Below are positions 22,750 to 32,887 of a stretch of DNA of 64,000 bases, piece by piece; position 1 is the stretch's first letter, and each line of letters begins with the position of its first letter. The position numbers and the translations under genes are program-made. The notes beneath the pieces are model-generated. The model made no database searches and was not told the DNA's origin. It worked only from the letters and a program-made list of their open reading frames with translations. The DNA is from Candidatus Aenigmatarchaeota archaeon (GTDB lineage Archaea; Aenigmatarchaeota; Aenigmatarchaeia; QMZP01; QMZT01). The stretch is taken from contig CAVSBQ010000002.1 of assembly GCA_963726265.1 (NCBI GenBank), positions 288,001 through 352,000 on the forward strand, given 5' to 3'.

Positions 22750-23020
22750 ATGGGAAAGAACAAGATATTTTCGGTTCACAATCCATATGCCCAAGGCGAG
22801 CGGAGGCTCGGTTTCATATTTCATCTACTTGGTGCACGTAACCCATGGGGGAGTGGGGAACAGTCTGGCGGAAAAAACCAATGGAGTTTATCACAGCGCC
22901 TCCAATAATGTAAAAACCGGCCCGCTTTCACGAGACCAGATGCATCACTGGAATTACGCCTACAAGAGCGGCATAAAAAGCTACAAGATTCTCGGCACAT
23001 TAAGAAAAATTCAGACATGA
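22750..23020 (+). CDS. Hypothetical protein (probable +1 frameshift near the 5' end; alternative start 22787)
   Basis: ATG at 22750 lies about 24 nt after CTTAAAT. Removing one base joins it to the frame TRYFRFTIHMPKASGG...KIQT, which ends at 23020. Confidence 0.4.
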
Positions 23021-23141
23021 TATATTGCCGCAGGAAACCCAGTCGGAAATTTTCTTCATATGAAACCTATAAAAAACAGAGAATCAGATAATTATTTGTT
23101 ATGAGCATAGTGATGCTTAGGTAATCGTCAGGAGGGTTATT

Positions 23142-23756
23142 ATGACGGTCAAGATAGGTGTTTTGGGTTCGACGAAGGGAACGGACATGCAGGCGCTTAT
23201 AGACGCGATAAGCAGGAAGCAGCTGGACGCGCAGATAGTCTGCGTGATTTCGAACAAGGAAGATGCTTACATTCTCGAGCGCGCGAGGGATCACAGCATA
23301 GAAGCCATATTCCTCGAATACGAGGGAGGGAAACAGATCCTTTTCGACAAGGCTGCCGCCCATGAGTTCGACAAACGCGGCGCGGAACTCATCCTGCTCA
23401 TAGGCTTCATGCGCGTAGTCTCGCCGTGGTTCTGCACCCATTACGAGAACAGGCTCATGAACATCCATCCGTCGCTGCTCCCGCTGTTCGCTGGAGGCAA
23501 AGACCTAAACGTGCACGAAGAGGTCCTTAAAATGGGCCTGAAGGTCACTGGCTGCACGCTCCACTTCGTGACCGCTGACGTGGACAGGGGGCCGATAATC
23601 ATGCAGATGCCCGTACCAGTCGACGACAACGACACGACTGAGTCGCTTAAGGCGAAGGTCCAGGCCGCGGAGCAGAATGTCATGCTCGAGGCCATAAGGC
23701 TCTTCGGCGAGGGCAAGATAAAAGTCGAAGGCAACAAGGTGAAGCTTCTCAGATGA
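23142..23756 (+). CDS. purN: Phosphoribosylglycinamide formyltransferase (folate-dependent)
   Basis: STKGTDMQA, LIGFMR, NIHPSLLP and GCTLHFV...DRGPII. GGAGG ribosome-binding site upstream. Confidence 0.96.
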   Translation: MTVKIGVLGSTKGTDMQALIDAISRKQLDAQIVCVISNKEDAYILERARDHSIEAIFLEYEGGKQILFDKAAAHEFDKRGAELILLIGFMRVVSPWFCTHYENRLMNIHPSLLPLFAGGKDLNVHEEVLKMGLKVTGCTLHFVTADVDRGPIIMQMPVPVDDNDTTESLKAKVQAAEQNVMLEAIRLFGEGKIKVEGNKVKLLR

Positions 23757-25324
23757 AAATAAGACGCGCTCTGATTTCGGTCACGGACAAGAGAGGGATA
23801 GTCGAGTTTGCAAAATCCCTCGAGAAGCTAGATGTTGAAATAATCTCGACCGGGGGGACGGCAAAGGTTCTTAAGGAAAACGGCGTGAGGCTTGTTCCCA
23901 TCGAAGAGTTCACCGGCCTGCCCGAGATGATGGACGGCCGCGTCAAGACGCTGCACCCGAAAGTCCACGGCGGGATTCTCGCTGTCCGCGAAAACAAAAG
24001 CCACATGGAGCAGGCGTCAGGCCACGGCATAAGCATGATAGACATGGTCGTCGTGAACCTGTACGCGTTCAGGAAGACTGTCGAGGCGGGCGCATCGCAC
24101 GAGGAAACTATCGAGAACATAGACATCGGAGGGCCGGCGCTGGTACGCTCGTCCGCCAAGAACTACAGGGACGTCGTCATAGTAACGGACCCGGAAGATT
24201 ACGGCATGGTCCTGGAAAAGATAAAGAAGGACGGGGACGTGGACCTTCGCACCCGTGAGACGCTGGCCCTGAAAGCCTTCAGAATGACAGGCGATTACGA
24301 CAGCGACATTGAAAGCTACCTGTCCAGGAAATTCACCGGCAAGGAAATGATCAGGCTGAAACTGAGCGGGGGAAAAGAGCTTCGCTACGGCGAGAACTGG
24401 CACCAGAAGGCGAAGATTTACGCCGAGGAAGGCGGGGCTTCGATAGCGAACGCAAAGCAGCTCCAGGGCAAGGAGATGTCGTACAACAACTACCTCGACG
24501 CGGAAAGCGCGCTTGACGCCGTGCAGGAGCTTAAAATATTCGGCGGTAATGGAGCGGTCGTCGTGAAGCACACGAACCCGTGCGGTTTCGCCACCGGCGC
24601 TTCGCTCCGGGAGGCGCTCGAGAACGCGTGGAAAGGCGACCCCTTGTCGGCGTTCGGCGGCGTCATAGCGCTAACGAAGCAGGCGGATAAGGAAACGGCA
24701 GAATTCCTAAAGGAAAATTTCGTGGAAATAGTAATCGCTCCGGCTTTCGCGGATAAGGCGCTAGAGGTTTTCAAGGAGAAGAAAAACCTGCGGCTTCTTG
24801 AAGTGCCGGATTTTTCCCCGGAAAATATCCATTTCAGGTTCCTTTCTGGAGCGATACTCCAGCAGGAGAGAGACGAGGGATACACCGACAAAAAGGATTT
24901 CAGGAGCGTGACGAAAATTGATTTTCCTGAAAATAAAAAGGACCTCGCGCTGTTCGCATGCCTCGCGTGCAAGCACACGAAATCGAATGCTATCGTCATC
25001 GCGCGCGAATACAGGCCCGGCTTCTATCACGTGATTGGCATGGGCGCCGGCCAGCCGAACCGCGTCACTTCGCTGAAGATAGCGATAGAAAAGACCAAGG
25101 ACAATCTCAGGCTGATGCACCTTCCGGACCACGAGATTTCAAACTGCGTCCTTGCGAGCGACTCGTTTTTCCCGTTCTCCGATTCAATCGATGAGGCCGA
25201 AAAGCACGGCATCCGCTTCATTGTCCAGCCTGGAGGGTCGGTCAAGGACAGCGAAGTGATAGAAACATGCAACCTCCACGGCATAGCGATGATCTTCACC
25301 GGACGGCGCATGTTCAAGCATTAA
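23753..25324 (+). CDS. purH: Bifunctional AICAR transformylase/IMP cyclohydrolase
   Basis: ALISVTDK, GRVKTLHP, ENIDIGGP, LRYGEN, KHTNPCG, KSNAI, QPGGSVKD and RMFKH. Confidence 0.97.
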   Translation: MKIRRALISVTDKRGIVEFAKSLEKLDVEIISTGGTAKVLKENGVRLVPIEEFTGLPEMMDGRVKTLHPKVHGGILAVRENKSHMEQASGHGISMIDMVVVNLYAFRKTVEAGASHEETIENIDIGGPALVRSSAKNYRDVVIVTDPEDYGMVLEKIKKDGDVDLRTRETLALKAFRMTGDYDSDIESYLSRKFTGKEMIRLKLSGGKELRYGENWHQKAKIYAEEGGASIANAKQLQGKEMSYNNYLDAESALDAVQELKIFGGNGAVVVKHTNPCGFATGASLREALENAWKGDPLSAFGGVIALTKQADKETAEFLKENFVEIVIAPAFADKALEVFKEKKNLRLLEVPDFSPENIHFRFLSGAILQQERDEGYTDKKDFRSVTKIDFPENKKDLALFACLACKHTKSNAIVIAREYRPGFYHVIGMGAGQPNRVTSLKIAIEKTKDNLRLMHLPDHEISNCVLASDSFFPFSDSIDEAEKHGIRFIVQPGGSVKDSEVIETCNLHGIAMIFTGRRMFKH

Positions 25325-25349
25325 AAAGCAGAGAGCGATTATTTCTTTT

Positions 25350-26666
25350 ATGAATTACGGGCAGGCGACGGGCTACATACAGCGACTGAACAGGTTCGGC
25401 ATAAAGCTCGGCCTGGAGAGAATCGAAAGGCTGCTTTCGCTTTTGGGCAATCCTCAGGACAGCTTCCGCTCCGTGCTTGTGGCAGGAACGAGCGGCAAAG
25501 GGTCGACTGTGGTCATGCTCGGCTCTGTCCTGAAAGAGGCTGGCTACAGGACGGGCGTTTTCACCAAGCCGCATCTTTTCGATTTCAGGGAACGGATATC
25601 GATTGACGGCAAAATGATTTCTGAAAGGGATTTCGTGCGGCTTGTGAAAAAAATCAAGCCTTACGCAGAAAAGGTCGCAAAGGAATCCGAAAGCCCGACG
25701 TTCTTCGAGTTCGTGACCGCGATGGCCTTCGAACATTTCAGGGAGAAGCGCGTCGACTTCGCCGTCCTTGAAGTCGGGCTTGGAGGAAGGCTGGACGCGA
25801 CGAACGTAGTGAAGCCAGAGGTCTCCGTAATCACGAACGTCTCGCTGGAGCACACCGAAATCCTCGGCGGCACGCCTGAAAAAATCGCAGTGGAAAAGGC
25901 AGGGATAATCAGGAAAAACGGAATTCTCATCACCGCCTCTGAAAACCCAAAGGCGTTCGCGGTGCTTGAAAAAATATGCAGGGAGAGAAACGCGAAATTC
26001 GTCAGGGCGCCGGAGCTGAAGAACGCGAAATCGACGGAGTTTGGGAATGAATTCGATTTTGAAGGGACGAAAATTTCCATTCACCTTGCAGGCAGGTTCC
26101 AGCTTAAGAACGCCGCATGCGCGCTCGCTGCGCTGCGCTCGCTTACGCCGCCGATACCGAGCAGCGCGATAAAAAAAGGTATGGAAAAGGCGAGATGGTC
26201 CGGCCGCTTTGAGCTGATGAAAAACGGAAGGAAGGTCCTGCTCGACGGCGCGAAGGATGTCGAGGCGATGAAAAGCCTCGCGGCCTCGCTGGACCTGATA
26301 AGGCATGAAAGGCTTTACACCGTTTTCGGCGCGTCGAAAGACAAGCTGATCCCGGAAATGCTGCAGGCCATTTCAGGCAAGACGGATTTTTTCGTGCTGA
26401 CGAAGCACAAGGTCATGGGCAGGGGAGTGGAGCCGGCTGAACTGGCAAAGGAAGCACAAAAACACGGGAAGGATTTCCTGATTGCCGATGACGTAAAAAG
26501 TGCGGTGAAAAAGGCGATGCAGCTAGCGGGGAAGAACGACCTTGTCCTGGTCACGGGCTCGCTCTTCACCGTCGCGGAAGCGAGGGAGCTTTGGTTCAGG
26601 AAGAAGGCAAAAATGGGGCGCGAGTTCAACGAGAACGTTTCTGTCAGGCACGCCAAGCAGGACTGA
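25350..26666 (+). CDS. folC: Folylpolyglutamate synthase/dihydrofolate synthase
   Basis: VAGTSGKGST, PHL...ERI, EVGLGGRLDATNV, EKAGI and TGSL. Confidence 0.95.
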   Translation: MNYGQATGYIQRLNRFGIKLGLERIERLLSLLGNPQDSFRSVLVAGTSGKGSTVVMLGSVLKEAGYRTGVFTKPHLFDFRERISIDGKMISERDFVRLVKKIKPYAEKVAKESESPTFFEFVTAMAFEHFREKRVDFAVLEVGLGGRLDATNVVKPEVSVITNVSLEHTEILGGTPEKIAVEKAGIIRKNGILITASENPKAFAVLEKICRERNAKFVRAPELKNAKSTEFGNEFDFEGTKISIHLAGRFQLKNAACALAALRSLTPPIPSSAIKKGMEKARWSGRFELMKNGRKVLLDGAKDVEAMKSLAASLDLIRHERLYTVFGASKDKLIPEMLQAISGKTDFFVLTKHKVMGRGVEPAELAKEAQKHGKDFLIADDVKSAVKKAMQLAGKNDLVLVTGSLFTVAEARELWFRKKAKMGREFNENVSVRHAKQD

Positions 26667-26684
26667 GCCTGCAGTTATTTGCTT

Positions 26685-27287
26685 TTATTTTTTGCAGCTG
26701 ATTGTGCCTTTCTCCGTTACTATCTTGTGAACCCTGACGTCGAACCTGTCGGTCGGGATCTGCTCGACTATCTGGAAATCGTAGGCCAGCGCGACAAGCG
26801 GGACGTTCTTCTTGAGCTTCTTGAGAAACCTGTCGTAAAAGCCGCGGCCGTAGCCTATCCTGTTGCCTTTTTTGTCGAAGGCTATGCCGGGGATGATGAC
26901 GAGGTCTATCTTGTCCAGCGGGAATTGCTTCGGATGCATGGGAACGGGTATGCCGAACGCTCCCGGTGAAAGCTCGTTGAGGTCGTGTATCTCCGAAATG
27001 AGCAGCTCCTTATTTTTAGGCTTCGCGAAAGGCACGAGTATCTTCTTGCCTTTCCTGAGGGATTGTGAAATCATCCTGTCGGTCCTGACCTCGCCCTTTA
27101 CGGAAACGTAGAAAAGGATTATGTTGGCTTTGCTGAATTCGGGGAGCTTGAACAGTTTCTCGCGTATGGCGCAGTCCTTGCAGTGCTTTTCGCCCTTCCT
27201 GTGTTTGTCCCTTCTCTCGAGGATTCTCCTACGTATGTGATGCTTCATCCTGTGAATCCTGTGGATGACCCGTTTCATATTATACAT
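26685..27287 (-). CDS. 5-formyltetrahydrofolate cyclo-ligase
   Basis: GEVRT and IIPGIAFDKKGNRIGYGRGFYDRFL signature. Start is 27287 or 27278. Confidence 0.93.
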   Translation of the reverse strand: MYNMKRVIHRIHRMKHHIRRRILERRDKHRKGEKHCKDCAIREKLFKLPEFSKANIILFYVSVKGEVRTDRMISQSLRKGKKILVPFAKPKNKELLISEIHDLNELSPGAFGIPVPMHPKQFPLDKIDLVIIPGIAFDKKGNRIGYGRGFYDRFLKKLKKNVPLVALAYDFQIVEQIPTDRFDVRVHKIVTEKGTISCKK

Positions 27288-27387
27288 AATTGTAGTAACT
27301 AGTTAAAAAACAAGCGCATGTATTCGTATTTTCTATGAAGGAAATTTTTTATTGCCAAGGCCCATAGTTATTGTATTCGGTGAATGC

Positions 27388-27873
27388 ATGTGGGTTGTGG
27401 GAGTAGGCTACATGGAGGGTCACAGGGACCCGCTCGGGGAGAACACGAAAGCAGATATTCTGGGGCTCGGCCTATCCAAGGTCAGCGGCGTCAGGACGCT
27501 GCAGACCTACGTCATCGAAGGCGTGAAAAGGAGCGATGCCGAGCGCGCCGGCAGTGAGCTTCTGGCGGATAGCATATTGCAGTATTTTAACATCGCGCCG
27601 TTCTCGGAGAGCGGGAAGCACCTGAAGGGGCTCGTGAAAAACGTGAGACGTGGCGCCTGGGCGATTGAGGTCTTCTTCAGGCCGGGCGTCATGGACGTCG
27701 CCGGGCTTTCGGTGGCGAAGGCGATAGAAGTGATGGGCATAAAAAATGCGAAGGTCAGGACGGGCACGACCTACATTATTGAAGGCAGTCTCAGCGAAAA
27801 GGACGTCAAAGCCGTCTGCGAAAAATGCCTGGCCAACAAGCTGATACAGACTTATGATTACAGGAAGCTGTGA
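27388..27873 (+). CDS. purS: PurS-like subunit with two tandem PurS-type halves
   Basis: Two halves, DPLGE...LLADSILQ and RPGVMDVAG...LANKLIQ, directly upstream of purL. Confidence 0.75.
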   Translation: MWVVGVGYMEGHRDPLGENTKADILGLGLSKVSGVRTLQTYVIEGVKRSDAERAGSELLADSILQYFNIAPFSESGKHLKGLVKNVRRGAWAIEVFFRPGVMDVAGLSVAKAIEVMGIKNAKVRTGTTYIIEGSLSEKDVKAVCEKCLANKLIQTYDYRKL

Positions 27874-27878
27874 GGGAA

Positions 27879-30266
27879 ATGAAAACTAAAATCAAAACCG
27901 GCACAAGAGAAATCGCAATACTCGGCATGGACGAGAGGCAGCTGGAATACGTATCGAGTAAGCTCATGCTCGCGCTCAACACTGAGGAGATGCGCAAGAT
28001 TCAGCAGTATTTCAGGAAGCTCGGCCGCAACCCTACGGACATAGAGCTCGAGACGTTCGCGCAGACGTGGTCAGAACATTGCATGCACAAGACCTTCCGC
28101 GGCAACGTCGAATACAATGGGAAGCGGATAGAAAGCCTGCTGAAGACCTACATAATAAAAGCGACGAAGGAGCTCGCCTTCCCATGGTGCGTCCATGTTT
28201 TCGAGGACAACGCGGGCATAGTCAAGCTCGACGACAAGCACAACATAGCGGTGAAGGTCGAGACGCACAACCATCCGAGCGCGCTCGACCCTTACGGCGG
28301 AGCGGGCACGGGTTCAGGCGGCGTTTTCCGCGACGTGATGGGCGTCGGGGCGAAACCGATTCTCTCGACCGACGTCCTGTTTTTCGGCCCTCCTGATTAT
28401 CCGCACGACAAGCTTCCGAAGGGCGTCCTGCACCCGAAGCGTTTGATGAAAGGCGTGGTCGCCGGCATACGCGACTACGGCAACAGGATGGGCATCCCGA
28501 CGGCTAATGGCGGCTTCGGCTTCCATGAAGGTTACATAGGCAACCCGCTGGTTTATGCAGGATGCCTCGGCATAATACCGAAGGAAAAATACGTGCGCGA
28601 CCCGAAGGCGGGAGACAAAGTGGTTCTGGCCGGCGGCCGCACAGGCCGCGACGGCATACACGGCGTGACCTTCGCATCGCTCGAACTCTCGACCGAATCC
28701 GAGAAGACATCTAGCGGCGCAGTCCAGATAGGCAACGCTATCGAAGAAAAACGCGTCCTCGACGGCCTGCTCACGGCAAGGGACAGACGCGGAAAACCCC
28801 TTTATTCAGCGGTCACGGATTGCGGCGGCGGCGGGCTTAGCTCTGCGGTCGGTGAAATGGGCAAGAAGACGGGCGTGAAAGTCTGGCTCGATAAAGTGCC
28901 GCTGAAATACACGGGCCTCGAACCGTGGGAAATCTGGATATCGGAGGCGCAGGAGAGGATGATATTCGCGGTTCCGAAGGCGAACGTTGACGAAGTCCTT
29001 GAAATCTTCAGGAACGAGAACACGGACGCGACCGTAATCGGAGAATTCACGGGCGACGAAAAGCTCACGCTCATGTTCAGGGGGAATGTTATCGGCAAGC
29101 TGGACATGGCTTTCCTGCACGACGGCTTCCCGAAGGTCGAGAGGAAGGCGGAGTTCAAAATAAAGGAATTGCGCGACCCTGACCTTCCGGATGCGAAGGC
29201 TTTCGGCAGCGACCTCAAGGCGATACTCGGCTCGCCGACTGTTGCTAGCAAGGAATGGGTCATAAGGCAATACGACCACGAGGTCCAGGCCAGGACGGTC
29301 GTGAAACCTATCCATGGCCACGGCGGGCCGGGCGACGCATGCGTGCTCAGGCCGCTATATGACAACTGGAAGGGCATCGTCGTCTCGAACGGCTTCAACC
29401 CGAGGTTCTCGGACAACCCTTACGACATGGCGCTATCAGCGATTGACGAGGCCATGCGCAACAACGTGTGCTGCGGAGGTCGACGAATAGCGCTGCTCGA
29501 CAACTTCTCGTGGGGCAATCCCGAGAAGCCCGACCGGCTTGGAGCGTTGGTCGAGGCAGTGAAGGCATGTTACGACGGCGCGAAGGGTTTCCGCGCGCCT
29601 TTCATATCGGGCAAGGATTCTCTTTACAACGAATACAGCCTAGGCAGCAGGCAAAAAACGAAGGCATCAGAAACGATTTCCATACCATATACGCTGGTGG
29701 TGACCGCTGTCGGCGTGATGCCTGACATAAGGAAGGCCGTCACCATGGACTTGAAAGAGGAAGGCAACCCGGTCTATATGGTCGGCGATACGAAGGATGA
29801 AATGGCTGGCTCCCATTATTACATGGTAAAGCGCAGGAAGGGCGGACGTGTTCCCGGCGTCGAATTCCCTGCCGCGAGGACTGCGATGGAAAAGATGACG
29901 GCTGCGATGGACAGAGGCGTCGTGCGCGCATGCCACGACTGCTCGGAGGGCGGGCTCGCCGTTGCCGCCGCGGAGATGTGCTTCGCCGGAGGCCTGGGCA
30001 TGAAAATTGATTTGAAAAAAGTGCTGCAGAAGGGTATCAGGAAAAACTACAAGCTGTTATTCTCCGAGAGCAACTCGAGATTCGTGGTCGAAGTGGAGAA
30101 GGCGAAAGCGCATGAATTCGAGAAGATAATGGAGCACCGCGCCTCGAGAATCGGAGAAGTGACGGCCGACAAAAAGCTGGTTGCCACCGGCCTGAACGGC
30201 GGCAAAGTCTTGAATGAAGATGTTGACGGCCTGAAAAAGGCATGGAGAAAGACTTTCAACTGGTGA
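27879..30266 (+). CDS. purL: FGAM synthase subunit PurL (small type)
   Basis: QTWSEHCMHK, KVETHNHPS, TGRDGIHG, DCGGGG, QYDHEVQ, FISGKDSLYN and HDCSEGG. Confidence 0.97.
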   Translation: MKTKIKTGTREIAILGMDERQLEYVSSKLMLALNTEEMRKIQQYFRKLGRNPTDIELETFAQTWSEHCMHKTFRGNVEYNGKRIESLLKTYIIKATKELAFPWCVHVFEDNAGIVKLDDKHNIAVKVETHNHPSALDPYGGAGTGSGGVFRDVMGVGAKPILSTDVLFFGPPDYPHDKLPKGVLHPKRLMKGVVAGIRDYGNRMGIPTANGGFGFHEGYIGNPLVYAGCLGIIPKEKYVRDPKAGDKVVLAGGRTGRDGIHGVTFASLELSTESEKTSSGAVQIGNAIEEKRVLDGLLTARDRRGKPLYSAVTDCGGGGLSSAVGEMGKKTGVKVWLDKVPLKYTGLEPWEIWISEAQERMIFAVPKANVDEVLEIFRNENTDATVIGEFTGDEKLTLMFRGNVIGKLDMAFLHDGFPKVERKAEFKIKELRDPDLPDAKAFGSDLKAILGSPTVASKEWVIRQYDHEVQARTVVKPIHGHGGPGDACVLRPLYDNWKGIVVSNGFNPRFSDNPYDMALSAIDEAMRNNVCCGGRRIALLDNFSWGNPEKPDRLGALVEAVKACYDGAKGFRAPFISGKDSLYNEYSLGSRQKTKASETISIPYTLVVTAVGVMPDIRKAVTMDLKEEGNPVYMVGDTKDEMAGSHYYMVKRRKGGRVPGVEFPAARTAMEKMTAAMDRGVVRACHDCSEGGLAVAAAEMCFAGGLGMKIDLKKVLQKGIRKNYKLLFSESNSRFVVEVEKAKAHEFEKIMEHRASRIGEVTADKKLVATGLNGGKVLNEDVDGLKKAWRKTFNW

Positions 30267-30292
30267 GCGCGGAAAGGGATGATGGTGAAAAG

Positions 30293-31045
30293 ATGGTAAA
30301 AACGCTTGTGCTGCGCGTCGATGGGACGAACTGTGACGAAGAGACTGCGTACGCTTTCAAGCTCGCGGGCTCCGAAACCGAAGTCGTCCACATCAACGAG
30401 CTGATACGGGGGAGGAAAGCGCTGGAGGATTTCCAGATAGTCGCGATACCGGGCGGCTTCGCGCACGGCGACGACGTCGCTTCAGGCAAGATACTCGCCA
30501 CCCTGATAAGGTTCAAACTCAACAGGGATTTCATAAGGTTCATAGAAAGCGGGCGGCTGGTCATAGGCATATGCAACGGCTTCCAGGCTATCGTGAAGGC
30601 CGGACTTTTGCCTGCATTCGCCGGCTTCGGACGGCAGGAAGCCACGCTGGCCGGCAACGACTCCGGCTATTTCATCGACAGGTGGGTCCGCCTGCGACTC
30701 GTCAACAAGGGCAAGTGCATTTTCACGCGCGGCATGAAGGGCGAGATATTCGTGCCCGTAAACCACGGCGAGGGGAAGTTCGTCGCGTCTCCGGAAATAA
30801 TAAGAAAACTGGAAGCAAAGGACCAAGTCGTCTTCAGGTATGTCGACAACCCGAACGGCTCGCTCAACGACATCGCGGGCATATGCAACACTGAAGGCAA
30901 CGTGTTCGGCCTCATGCCGCACCCGGAAAAATTCGTATCGAAATACACGCACCCCCACTGGACGAGGGTCAGGAACCTGCCGGAGGAGGGCGACGGCCTG
31001 GCTATTTTCAAGAATGCCGTCGCATACGCGAGAAGGAAATTCTGA
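30293..31045 (+). CDS. purQ: FGAM synthase glutaminase subunit PurQ
   Basis: GTNCD, PGGFAHGD, GICNGFQ (catalytic Cys), HGEG, NPNGS and MPHPE. Confidence 0.97.
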   Translation: MVKTLVLRVDGTNCDEETAYAFKLAGSETEVVHINELIRGRKALEDFQIVAIPGGFAHGDDVASGKILATLIRFKLNRDFIRFIESGRLVIGICNGFQAIVKAGLLPAFAGFGRQEATLAGNDSGYFIDRWVRLRLVNKGKCIFTRGMKGEIFVPVNHGEGKFVASPEIIRKLEAKDQVVFRYVDNPNGSLNDIAGICNTEGNVFGLMPHPEKFVSKYTHPHWTRVRNLPEEGDGLAIFKNAVAYARRKF

Positions 31046-31122
31046 AGCCGCAGAGGCAGCAGTAAAATATTTAAAGTAGTCCTACAAAATAATTAATTAA
31101 ATATAAACAGGAGTTAGATAAA

Positions 31123-31299
31123 ATGGCGTTTAGAGAAAGACGTTTCGAAGAAAGATCGGAAAGAAGAGACTTCAGACCACGCGAGATGCACAAAGCTGTT
31201 TGTTCTGAGTGCGGAAAAGAGTGCGAAGTCCCGTTCAAGCCCACAGAGGGCAGACCGGTTTTCTGCAGAGACTGCTTTGCAAAAAGGAAGAGATTTTAG
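31123..31299 (+). CDS. CxxC-x17-CxxC zinc-ribbon protein (58 aa, below the ORF-track cutoff)
   Basis: MAFRERRFEERSERRDFRPREMHKAVCSECGKECEVPFKPTEGRPVFCRDCFAKRKRF. AGGAG ribosome-binding site and TATTTAAA upstream. Confidence 0.92.
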   Translation: MAFRERRFEERSERRDFRPREMHKAVCSECGKECEVPFKPTEGRPVFCRDCFAKRKRF

Positions 31300-31413
31300 A
31301 AGGGGACGCGCAGGTAGTTAGCCCGGATGCTTCGAAGTCCGGGCATTAATGCGTGAACTGGTTTAGCTGAAGCCACGTCTGAAAAAGAAATTAGCTAAAA
31401 CAAAAAAAAGCAG

Positions 31414-32820
31414 CTAAAGCGCTACCGCGATGAGCGCGCAGATGACTATCGCGGCTGCCGAAACCAGAAGCCCGGCCTTGATAAGGTCCTTGAGCCTGAC
31501 ATAGCTGGTGGAATAGGCGATCGTCGTCGGCGGCGTGCCGCTCGGCATTATGAAGTCAAGCGATACGCCCACGCCCGCCAGCAGCGCGAGCATCCTCGGA
31601 TTGACGCCTGCCACGACGGCAAGCGGAATCATCATAGGTACCATCACCGACGCCGCGGCCGTGTTGCTGGCGAAGGCGGTAAGCGCGACGCCGAAGGTTA
31701 TTATGACAAGCGCCACTACCAGCGCGGGCTGGCTCGTTATAGCGCCTCCAAGAACGTTGGCCATGGTCACGTCAAGGCTCGATGCGTGCATGGCGAAGCC
31801 GAGCGAGATGCCGCCGCCTATCAGGATGAGCGACGGCCAGTCGAGCTTCCTGAAGTCTTCCGTGTTGAGCAGGCCGAAGGCGTAGAGAAGGAAGATGGGC
31901 ACGAGCGAAATCGTGCCTATGTCAAGCTTGTGGATTTCCGTCGTCAGCCACAGCACGACCGTAATCGCGAAAATGGCCAGCACTTCCTTCTGTTTTTTGT
32001 CCAGTTTCCTCTTGACGTCGCTTATGTCTATTTTCCTGACCTCGGGCCTGAAGAGCAGCGTGAGGATGATGAAGGTCGAGAGCACTAGCGCTATCATCAT
32101 GGGGAGGCCGTAGTAGGACCAGTCGATGAAGCCGAAAGAATAGCCCGCCTGACCGAGGAATTTTGCGACCAGGACGTTGGGCGTGCTGCCGACCATCGTG
32201 CCAAGCCCTCCGATGGTGGCCGCGAAGCCTATGCCCAGGACCATGGACTTGCCGAAGTTCGATTTCAGGGGAAGCATCCTGTTTTCTTTCAGTATGATGA
32301 GGCCTATCGGCATCATTAACGCTGCGGCCGCGGAGTTAGCCATCCACATGGACAGGAACGCCGTCACCGCCATGATGCTCAGCAGGACCATTCTCGGCTT
32401 TGAGCCGCGGTGCACGAGCTTGTGGCCGAGGTATTCGTCGACCTTGTATTTGCTTAAAGCGAGCGCAATCGCGAAGCCGCCCAGCACGAGGACGACGATG
32501 GAATCAAAGAACGGCGAGAATGCCTCCGCGGGCTTGAAGCCGCCGAGCACCACGAGCGCGAAGGGTATGGCCAGCGCGGTGACGTGCAAAGGGACGATTT
32601 CAGAAAGCCAGAGCACCAGCGCGGATATCGTAATCGCGAACACTATCTGCTGCGGCGTCCCGAAGCCCAGGAAATAAGACGACAGGAGAACCGAAAACGC
32701 CATGCCGACGATGACGAACACGAGCCTCTTCCACACGCTGGTGCCGCGCGCGCCGTGGACGGCAATGTGATGCACGGGATGCATCTTATGCTGCTTCGCT
32801 TGCCCGTGTCCGCGTCCCAT
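31414..32820 (-). CDS. DASS/SLC13-family anion transporter
   Basis: About 12 hydrophobic segments; SMWMANSAA, GTMVGSTPN, FASNTAA and PSGTPP. Confidence 0.9.
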   Translation of the reverse strand: MGRGHGQAKQHKMHPVHHIAVHGARGTSVWKRLVFVIVGMAFSVLLSSYFLGFGTPQQIVFAITISALVLWLSEIVPLHVTALAIPFALVVLGGFKPAEAFSPFFDSIVVLVLGGFAIALALSKYKVDEYLGHKLVHRGSKPRMVLLSIMAVTAFLSMWMANSAAAALMMPIGLIILKENRMLPLKSNFGKSMVLGIGFAATIGGLGTMVGSTPNVLVAKFLGQAGYSFGFIDWSYYGLPMMIALVLSTFIILTLLFRPEVRKIDISDVKRKLDKKQKEVLAIFAITVVLWLTTEIHKLDIGTISLVPIFLLYAFGLLNTEDFRKLDWPSLILIGGGISLGFAMHASSLDVTMANVLGGAITSQPALVVALVIITFGVALTAFASNTAAASVMVPMMIPLAVVAGVNPRMLALLAGVGVSLDFIMPSGTPPTTIAYSTSYVRLKDLIKAGLLVSAAAIVICALIAVAL

Positions 32821-32887
32821 AATATTTATTTTGGGCGAAGTGGGATAAAAACCAAAATCTTATAAAACATCAGCCGATAGATTAGTT

